IMG/VR virus record: IMGVR_UViG_3300020186_000013
Location: 144,146-208,145 of that record
Direction: 5' to 3' (one strand)
DNA: 64,000 nt
Shown here: piece after piece, positions 36,552-44,600 of the stretch
Numbering within the stretch: the stretch's first letter is position 1
Layout of the letters: every line of letters starts with the position of its first letter
Translations under genes and position numbers: made by a program
The notes under the pieces: model-generated
Database searches by the model: none
Told to the model about the DNA's origin: nothing
What the model saw: the letters and a program-made list of their open reading frames with translations, nothing else

Positions 36552-36902
36552 TCAGCAACTCTTGAACTCTCCGTCGACGAGGTGCCCGTGCCAGCCGCAG
36601 CAGCCTTTGCACAGGATCGACGGAGACAGCGTTAGCGTGGAAGGATCTTCCAGTGACCCCTTCACGGCGTCCCAGCTCGGCGGGGGCTCGGGCTTGGGGT
36701 GCCCGACAATAATCCCGCCCACGTCGCCGCACCCAGGACAGGCGAAGGTGAGGAAGCCCCCACGACCCTGGTCGGGGTGACCCTCGCACGACCCCGGCTC
36801 GGCGTACCGCTGAGCCATCAGATCCTTCTCGGGATCGTCGTCGGGTGACTTGACGACGATCGCCCTGACAGTTCGTTTCACGTCGACGAGCGGACGTTCC
36901 AT
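36552..36902 (-). CDS. DUF6527-like Cys/His protein
   Basis: FACPGCG...TLTLSPSILC..CCGWHGHLVDG. Confidence 0.6.
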   Translation of the reverse strand: MERPLVDVKRTVRAIVVKSPDDDPEKDLMAQRYAEPGSCEGHPDQGRGGFLTFACPGCGDVGGIIVGHPKPEPPPSWDAVKGSLEDPSTLTLSPSILCKGCCGWHGHLVDGEFKSC

Positions 36903-36940
36903 GTCAACTCCTTATGGGAACCAGAGTCACGGCCAGCTCC

Positions 36941-37720
36941 TTATAGGCCGGTCACCCACTTCAGCCAGAACTTGCACTGGCTAAAGTGTAGGACGATCGT
37001 CTCGGGCTCGCGGGCGTGCCACTTAGCCACCTCCGTGTCGAGCCAGGTGTGCATGTCGGTGGAGGCCGGGTCGTCCGTCCCGACGATCCGGTTCCACCCC
37101 GGACGGTCAAGGACGCGGTGGCCGTAGTCCCGCTTCCGCAGTGCCCAGATCAACGCCCCTTCGTCCTGCCACGTCACCAGCTGCCTCGCCCGGCCGACCG
37201 TGCCCTCGTGGCACATCCGCGTCCACTGCATGAGGAGGTCGGCGTCACGATCAGGGTCGAGACCAACCACGCCGTTGTTGGGCGGGTAGGGGATCTCGTG
37301 CAGGACGGGGAACAGCTCGTACAGTGAGGGGTCATTAGGTAGCGGGTAGGCCGTGTCGTACGTGTGACGCACCGCAAACGACCCGTTAGCCGCCAATTCA
37401 TCCAGGATCGCGTCTAAGGGCCTCAAAATGACGCAATCGGCATCCAGCCACAAACACTGGTCGAGGCCGCTGTAGGCCATCCAGACGGGCTTGTTCCAGA
37501 TCTGCCACAATTCATGCCCCACAGGAACCGCCAGGAGGCAGTCGTGGGGCTTGGGCTTCACGGTCACGCCACGGCGTCGCAGCCACTCTCCCTGGGTATC
37601 CGTCAGGCCGAGGTCGGTTACAACGACCGAGGTTGCAGGCGAGTTACCCGCAAGGGAGGTGACCAGGCACTGGAGCGGCCGGAAGTATTCCGAGTCGGCC
37701 GCTGTCACGACACCACGCAT
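36941..37720 (-). CDS. GT-A-fold glycosyltransferase (GT8 / nucleotide-diphospho-sugar transferase-like)
   Basis: VVVTDLGLT, WNKPVW, CLWLDADCVILRPLD, PNNGVVG, WQDEGALIW. Confidence 0.75.
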   Translation of the reverse strand: MRGVVTAADSEYFRPLQCLVTSLAGNSPATSVVVTDLGLTDTQGEWLRRRGVTVKPKPHDCLLAVPVGHELWQIWNKPVWMAYSGLDQCLWLDADCVILRPLDAILDELAANGSFAVRHTYDTAYPLPNDPSLYELFPVLHEIPYPPNNGVVGLDPDRDADLLMQWTRMCHEGTVGRARQLVTWQDEGALIWALRKRDYGHRVLDRPGWNRIVGTDDPASTDMHTWLDTEVAKWHAREPETIVLHFSQCKFWLKWVTGL

Positions 37721-37745
37721 GGGTACTCACTCCTAAAACCGGAAT

Positions 37746-38306
37746 CTAGATGTCGACGACCCAGCACGACCCCTTGACCGTCCGGTTGGGGAGCAGCTCG
37801 TCGACGGCCTTGATCACGCCGGGGTCCTCGGGCCGGTAGTCGTGGCCGCACAGCCAACCGCCGGACTTGACCTTGGGCATCCACGCCAGGATGTCGGCCT
37901 TGACGAAATCGTAGGTGTGGTCGCCGTCGATGAACACAACATCCTGGGAGCCGTCCGCGAATGTCGCTGCGGCTTGCACGCTAGAGAGCTGCATGGGGTG
38001 CACGTGCGAGCCGACGCCACCCTTAATCATGTTGTTGATAAACGCCGGGCACATGTCGCCGGGGATGTCGATCCCCCACGGGGCACTGTTGGTGGCCATG
38101 ATCCCGGTCCACGTGTCCACAGCGTAGATGGTGGGCTGCTTGCCGAGGTTGATGATCTCGACGGCCAAGAAGGCGGCACTGCGGCCGAGCCACGAGCCGA
38201 CCTCGACGACGCTGCCGTTGGCGGGCACCCGCCGGGCGATCTCCCGGTAGAGGTCGAACAGCGGGCCGTCCGAGAAACCCGGAATGGTCTCGAAGAAATG
38301 GTTCAT
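37746..38306 (-). CDS. Class I SAM methyltransferase (Methyltransf_24-like)
   Basis: VVEVGSWLGRS, VDTW, DVVFIDGDHTYDFVKADILAWMPKVKSGGWLCGHDY. Confidence 0.9.
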   Translation of the reverse strand: MNHFFETIPGFSDGPLFDLYREIARRVPANGSVVEVGSWLGRSAAFLAVEIINLGKQPTIYAVDTWTGIMATNSAPWGIDIPGDMCPAFINNMIKGGVGSHVHPMQLSSVQAAATFADGSQDVVFIDGDHTYDFVKADILAWMPKVKSGGWLCGHDYRPEDPGVIKAVDELLPNRTVKGSCWVVDI

Positions 38307-39424
38307 TAGTTTGAGATCCCCTCGAAAGTAACACACGCCTTCTCGCCGCCCAGCGGGATGTGGTGCTTCAACCAAATGCGGAGTTCGAGACCGATCGCAG
38401 AGTCCAGTTCCATGACCGACGTCGTCTGCCCGTACGAGAACCGGAACTGCATGCGTTGCTGCGTGATCCCCCGGCCGTTCGCCCCGACGATCACCGGGCA
38501 CAAGGGGAACGACCCCTGCGTGTAGTTGATCAGGTCGTCCGCATTCTTGAAATACTGCCGCGTCCCCGGCACTTCGAGCTTCGGCCCGGCAGGCTGCCCC
38601 AGTGCCTGCGGGTAGATGAACGCGGCCGTGATGATCGAGTCGTCGAACGACAGGTCCACGGAGATGTTCATCTCGAACGCCGTCAGCGTGAGCACCTTAC
38701 CGGCAGCCGGGGCGGCGATGAACGTGCTGCCGGAGTCCGCCGGGCTGTAGTGGTAGTCGCACGCGATCGCCAAGCCGTTCGCCGGGGCGGTGAAGAACGT
38801 GATGGTCCCGGCCGCGTAGTCGATCGTGTAGTCGCCGCCCGTGGCCATGCCGTACTCGCGTTCCGTCTTGACCACGCCGTCGACTCGGACCACGGGGACG
38901 TACGAGCCGTCGTCCGGGGTGAAGATGTAGTCCTCGTCCGAGATCTTGCCATGGCTCAGGTCGATGACGAACGGGTGATCCAGGTTGAACGTGACCGTGG
39001 AACCGTCTCCGGTTCCAACGGCCTCACCGCTGACCTCGACAGACTCCGTGAACCACGTCGTCTTGTCCGTGAAGTCCTGGGAGAAGACCATCGCCCGCGT
39101 GCCCACCGATACGGGCTTCTGCCAGACGAACTGCGGCGTCTCGAACGAGACCGACTGGATGTCGCCGGGCGTGGGCGTGTTGTCGTGGGCCGCGATCAAG
39201 CCGCCCTTGGGGTGCCCGGCTACGTCGTTATCGAGGATCGTCTTGTCGCCAGACGGGAGGGCATCCCTGAACAGCACAAGTACGTCGTCGCCACTCGTCC
39301 CGACGCTGTCGAGGGCGATGGAGATGGCCGATGCCCGGATCTCGGCGTCGAACTTCGACGGGTTGATCGCCCCGTCGGGGAAGTCATCGGCGATCGAGTA
39401 CGTGTACGTGGTTGGCGTGGGCAT
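38306..39424 (-). CDS. Probable virion/tail-associated structural protein
   Basis: GTGDGSTVTFNL and DYTIDYAAGTITFFTAPANGLAIACDY, a beta motif typical of tail/baseplate proteins. Confidence 0.55.
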   Translation of the reverse strand: MPTPTTYTYSIADDFPDGAINPSKFDAEIRASAISIALDSVGTSGDDVLVLFRDALPSGDKTILDNDVAGHPKGGLIAAHDNTPTPGDIQSVSFETPQFVWQKPVSVGTRAMVFSQDFTDKTTWFTESVEVSGEAVGTGDGSTVTFNLDHPFVIDLSHGKISDEDYIFTPDDGSYVPVVRVDGVVKTEREYGMATGGDYTIDYAAGTITFFTAPANGLAIACDYHYSPADSGSTFIAAPAAGKVLTLTAFEMNISVDLSFDDSIITAAFIYPQALGQPAGPKLEVPGTRQYFKNADDLINYTQGSFPLCPVIVGANGRGITQQRMQFRFSYGQTTSVMELDSAIGLELRIWLKHHIPLGGEKACVTFEGISN

Positions 39425-39978
39425 TAGTTAGTGACCTCCTGAACCAGCAAGGCTGCGTGCTCCTCAAGCGGTGCACCCGTGACCGGTCGAATCTGTCCGG
39501 TGTTCGCAGACACCTTCCACTGGATCTTGACGGTGTGACTACCGGCCGAGACGCTTGGGATGCGAAGCACCATGGCCCCGGAATCGGCGATGCTCGCCCC
39601 AGGCGGGCGGACCATGGCCCCCATGTACGACGTGCCGTCAAACAGGACACTGAAGCTGATCGCCCGGTTAGCACTTGAGTTGCTGGCACTGAACGTGAAC
39701 CAGATCAACAGGTCGCAGGCACCTGTGGTGAGCGTAAGGGTCACGCCGGTCAGGTCCGTGAACGTCGTCGACGTCGTCGTGGTGTCTGACGTTATCCGAA
39801 CGAACGCGGTCTGTATCGCGAGACTGAGGTTGCCGCCGTACTGCTGCCACTTGGAGTTGACGGCGTCGTAAACGTACGTCTTCCCGGTAGCCGAGTCGTG
39901 GTACGTCTGGCCCCCGACCGGTGAACCGGGGGCAGACGTACGCGACACCTCGTTGGTCGTACCGAGTTGCTTCGGCAT
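39424..39978 (-). CDS. Tail-fibre-associated protein
   Basis: SAPGSPVGGQTYHDSATGKTYVYD..NSKW; Thr-rich beta domain. Confidence 0.55.
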   Translation of the reverse strand: MPKQLGTTNEVSRTSAPGSPVGGQTYHDSATGKTYVYDAVNSKWQQYGGNLSLAIQTAFVRITSDTTTTSTTFTDLTGVTLTLTTGACDLLIWFTFSASNSSANRAISFSVLFDGTSYMGAMVRPPGASIADSGAMVLRIPSVSAGSHTVKIQWKVSANTGQIRPVTGAPLEEHAALLVQEVTN

Positions 39979-39991
39979 CTCTCACCCCCGG

Positions 39992-41269
39992 TTAGCCGAT
40001 CACAACAACGCGGTACTGGTTGGTCGTCGGTGCCACGGCGAACGTGACGTCGACGTTGTTGGCGTCCGTCACGACCCAGTCGGTGATCACGCCCGCACCG
40101 CCCGACACCGTGAACACCTGCACGATCACGTCCGTGGTGCCCAGTGCGTGGTTGACGGTGATCGTCGTGAGTGAGCCGTTGCCCACGCTGGCGGCGAACT
40201 TACCCGTGGCACCGAGGTTCGTGCGGGCACCGGCAGCCGTACCCGAGCCCGTGCCACCCCGAGTAACAGCGAGGTTGGCCTCACTCGACAGCGTGCCCGA
40301 GCCGTTGTTGATGACGACGTGGTCGGCCGTACCGTTGGCGATCTTGGTCCGAGCGATGGCTGCGGCCGTGGCGACCTCGGCGTTGGTCACGCCGAGGGCC
40401 TTGATGGAGAACGTGTTGCCCGTCAGCGTCAGCGAGACCTCGTCCGCGACGTAGGACGTGCCGGACGAGAACGTGATGAAGGTCAGCCCGTCCGTGCCCA
40501 CCACCGCCGAGCCGGTGTCGTTGGTGCAGACGAACGCCTTGTCGGCGTTGACCGTGCCCTTCTGGACCCAGAACGCGACCGACGCGGCGTCCGAGCCCGT
40601 GGGGAGGTCCGTCGCACGGGTCCAGGCACCCGCAGCGGCGACGTAGACGCCATCCTGCGACCCGGTCGACTGGCCGGTCGCCGCAACCCGCTCACCCGCC
40701 GAGACCGTGTAGCCGTCGATCGTGAGCAGGCCCGTGAGGGCGATGTTGGTCGTGGCGATGACGACGACGGGCTGGAGCCACTTGGTGCCGTTGATCAGGT
40801 TGTCGACATAGCTCTTGGTGACCGCGTCCGTGGCGTTGGTCACCGTGCCCGAGAGCGTCACACCCGACGAGCTGCCCGAGCCCGCGAAGGTGCCAATGCC
40901 CGCCGCGAAGTTGCCCGAACCGTCCCGGAGCACGATCGTCGAGGCCGTGTTCAAGGCGGTGGCGGCTGCGAGCTTGGTGAAGTCCGAGGACGACATGTAG
41001 CCGTTCTGGGAACCACTCGAAGCCTGCACCGTCAGGATCGGGGCGAGTGACGTGCCCGAGTTGGTGATCGGGGCCGTGACCGAGGTGCCCGTCGCCCAGA
41101 TGTCGTCGAGGCGGACCCAGCGGGAGCTGTTCCACAGGCGGAAGTAGCCGAGCACTGTGTCGTAGTAGATCTGGCCGACCACCGGCGAGCCGGGGGCCGA
41201 GGCCAGGTTCTGGACGCGAGCGTTTTGCAGCTCGTTCTGGTTCAGGTTGATGTTGTTGAGGAACAGCAT
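39992..41269 (-). CDS. Tail-fibre-like structural protein
   Basis: FLNNINLNQNELQNARVQNLASAPGSPVVGQIYYDT; DAVTKSYVD; ATTNIALTGLLTIDG; GVYVAAAGAWTRATD; ARTNLG. Confidence 0.7.
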   Translation of the reverse strand: MLFLNNINLNQNELQNARVQNLASAPGSPVVGQIYYDTVLGYFRLWNSSRWVRLDDIWATGTSVTAPITNSGTSLAPILTVQASSGSQNGYMSSSDFTKLAAATALNTASTIVLRDGSGNFAAGIGTFAGSGSSSGVTLSGTVTNATDAVTKSYVDNLINGTKWLQPVVVIATTNIALTGLLTIDGYTVSAGERVAATGQSTGSQDGVYVAAAGAWTRATDLPTGSDAASVAFWVQKGTVNADKAFVCTNDTGSAVVGTDGLTFITFSSGTSYVADEVSLTLTGNTFSIKALGVTNAEVATAAAIARTKIANGTADHVVINNGSGTLSSEANLAVTRGGTGSGTAAGARTNLGATGKFAASVGNGSLTTITVNHALGTTDVIVQVFTVSGGAGVITDWVVTDANNVDVTFAVAPTTNQYRVVVIG

Positions 41270-41296
41270 GCGAAAAGCCTCCGTGCTTTCGAGAAG

Positions 41297-41644
41297 TTAG
41301 TTGATGTAAGCCTTACCACCGAACGCCGCCGAGAACGTCACCGTGAGCTGGGCGTTGCTCACGTACCGCACCTCCCCGAAGACGAGCGTCCCGGCACTGT
41401 CGACGACGGAGACGGATGGGAATCTACCCAAATTGTGGTTCACGGTCCATACCGCCGCCGGGACGGCCTGCGTGTGGATGTACGAGACGTTGCCCCCGCC
41501 GCCACTCGCAACCAACGCGATCAGGTTGGCCAGGTTGAGCTGCGACGCATCGCCGTCGCCGGGCCTGTCCGTAGCGATGGAGACCTGCGTCGTATCGACG
41601 GTGTTGACATCGGGTAGGTCGCGGATTCGCGTCGCCTTGGCCAT
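41297..41644 (-). CDS. Small tail-associated beta protein
   Basis: YIHTQAVPAAVWTVNHNLGRFPSVSVVDSAG...LTVTFSAAFGGKAYIN; the same motif type ends the 39992 protein. Confidence 0.65.
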   Translation of the reverse strand: MAKATRIRDLPDVNTVDTTQVSIATDRPGDGDASQLNLANLIALVASGGGGNVSYIHTQAVPAAVWTVNHNLGRFPSVSVVDSAGTLVFGEVRYVSNAQLTVTFSAAFGGKAYIN

Positions 41645-41656
41645 TTCGTCCCTCGG

Positions 41657-44600
41657 TTAGGAGTGGCCCTCGCCCGTCAGACCCTGAGCGGCTTGACGGG
41701 CTTTGTTAGTCTGGTGATGGAGTTCATCGCGTGCGGGTGCTTGACCGCCAGTGAGCTTGTTCCAAGCGTCGGAGATGGCTCCGGGGTTCTGCTGGATGCG
41801 GGGATAAGCCGCCAAGCCCGCACCACCCGCCATTATCAGCGGGTTACCAGTCAGCATCCCGAGCCCGCCGAGACCCATACCGCCCAACGCCATTCCCCGC
41901 TGCCCGCCCGTCATGTTCTCGGTGTCGTACCCCAGAGCTTTCAAGAACGGGTTACCGACGTTACCCACCCGCTGGCCGATCTGGTACCGGATCTCCTGGG
42001 TCGGGTCGAACTGGCCCTCCTCGTTGAGGAAGCCACGCTCGTGCATGTACTTGTCCGCGTCCCGTGCTATGTTCGCCTGCAACGTCGGGTAGTCCTGCTC
42101 GATGAAGGTCTTCTTCAGGTCGTTGATCTTGTTGTCGACGTCGCCGGCGACCTGGTCATGCAGAGAACCATAGGCCGTTCCGCCCAAAGCAGCAGCCCCC
42201 GTCCCGAGCGTCAACCCCTGCCCCGCCCGGAAGCCGAGCTTCCTGGCCCCGGACAAACCGGCGGCACCGCTCTGGTATGCACCTTTGCCCCACAGGAAGT
42301 GCCCGGCACGACTAAACGGGTCCATGACGCCCTGACCCATCCGCGTCATCGCGTTCGACGGAGCCTCCAGGGCGGTCGTGACACCCCGACTCAGCATGCT
42401 AGGTTCCACGGGCGTCGTCCCCGCCGCTCGTGCCGCTGCGTTCGTCCGAACCAAAGACGAGTTGCGTGCAGCAGCGACGTTGCCCCCCAGGCCAGTCATC
42501 AAACCGGCTCGACTCAGGCGACGGCTCCACTTCTCAGGGTCGTTCGGGTCACCGTTACCTGTCATGTCGCCGAGCTGGTCCATGCCGAACCCGATATTGG
42601 TCCCGGCAAACGACTGAGCCAACGGACGCCACAGCGTCTGACCCGTCGCCGAGTTGCGGAATCCTCGGTTGCCCATCAACGCACCGCCGGCAATGCCCAG
42701 CGGATTGATCCTCCAACTTCGCCAGCCGCCCTCGGGTTGGCCAGTGGCCGGGTCAATCCCCGGACTACCAAGGGTGAAACTACCCTCCCCGCCGCCCATC
42801 GCGTTGGCCGTCATGTTGCCTTGCAAGCCACCGAAGGTCATCTGCATGCCACTACCGGACATGTTCGCCCGCGTTCGACCGGCGGCAGTCGCCGCACGGG
42901 GGAGCGTGGCAGCCTCGGTGATGTTGAGACCCGAGTTGTCTTTACCGTGTGTTGCCGGACGCGGAGACACGATCTTCGGACCCATACCCGGCGTCGGAGC
43001 ACCCCGTGTGCCGGTCCGCATCAAGGGCTTGGTCGACGACGCACCAGGACGGACCAGTCCGCCCAGCCACTTCGCACCCGACACCAGGGTCTCCTTGCTG
43101 GGCCAGACGGCGTCCTTCTCGAACGCCTGCTTCTGCCCGAACATGCTGCCTAGGCCCTGGGCCATCTGCTGCCCGCCCATCATCGACCAACCCGACGGGG
43201 CGTACTGCGACGCCAGCTGCTGAGCCGACCCGGCAGCCTGCTCATTGGCCACCTCGGACGTTGCCTTCATCGACTTCGGACCGGTGATGGACATCGGCGG
43301 CGGGGCCAGCGACGCCGCCCCGGTATTCTTGTTGACGCTGACCTCACCCATCCCCTGCGGGTGTGTCGCCTGAGCCACCTGGGTCTTCTGACTCACCTGA
43401 TTCTTGCCCGTCGGCAGCGTACCGGGGGACGGAGCGGTCGGTGCGGTCTTGGGCTTCTCCTGCTTGCCGCCCACCATCTTGTCGAAGCTGTCGAGGAACG
43501 CGAGCTTCTTGAGGCCGGCAGCAAGCTCAGCGTGCACCTGAAGGCCGTAGTTGGTCCCGACCCGGTCCACGGCGGACTTGATCTGCGACAGACCGAGGCC
43601 CTTCTGACGACAGTGGTCAAAGAACGACTCGGCGAACGGCGTCATGTCCATGCCGCCTTTGTCGAACCCAGGTAGTCGCGGCCCGGTGTACGGGACCGGA
43701 GGAACAGGTTGTTGCTGCCCGAAGTTGGCAGGCAGACGCGACCCGGTGTACGGGACCGGAGGAACAGGTTGTTGCTGCCCGAAGTTGGCAGGCAGACGCG
43801 ACCCGGTATACGCCGGCACAACGTGCTGTGGCACCGGCTTAGCCTGGGGCATCGGCTGGGCCTGCGGTTGTGGCTGGGCCTGCGGTTGTGGCTGCTGGGC
43901 GGCGTTGGTGACCGGTGCCGCTAACTGCGGAGCAATGTTGCCGACGACGCCAGCCGTTTCAGATGGAGGGGCTTGCGTGGGATCGGCCAGAGCGTTCTGA
44001 ATTTGGCTAGAAAGTTGCCCGCCCAGGGTGAACTTGTTGACGTATCCGAGCCCACGGTATAAGGGGTACTTCTCTTCGTTCTGCTGAGCGTTGTACGCGG
44101 CATTGCCGATCGCGTACGGCAATTTGTTGCTCACATCATCAATGTTGGTCGGGTTCGACTTCGCCAGGGCCATCGCCCCACCAGCCCCCAAAAGTCCAGC
44201 ACCGGTAACACCCGCAGCCTGGGTCACTCCACCCATGGTCTTGTCGAAGCCCTTGAGACCATACCCGACAGCCTGTTGCCCTCGACCGAGAACGGCCCGC
44301 CCGCCACCCTGAGCCACGTTCGCGGCACCACGGGTAAGCATGCTGTTCTGGATCGGCTGAGTGAACGGCCGAGTCAGGGGCGTCGACAGGGTGTTCTTTA
44401 CGGTCTTGACGGCCTGCACAAGCGGGTGAGCCAAGCGGTTGGTGTCGAGAGCGTGGACGCCTCGGCTCAACATCGACACACCAGGGACGCCATCCATCAT
44501 GCCCGGCAACTGGTGGGTCTGGGCCAACTGCTCCTTGGTCGCCCCCGCCGCAACCCGAGACTGCATATCGGCCCGGTTCATGAGAGGCTTGACAGTCCGG

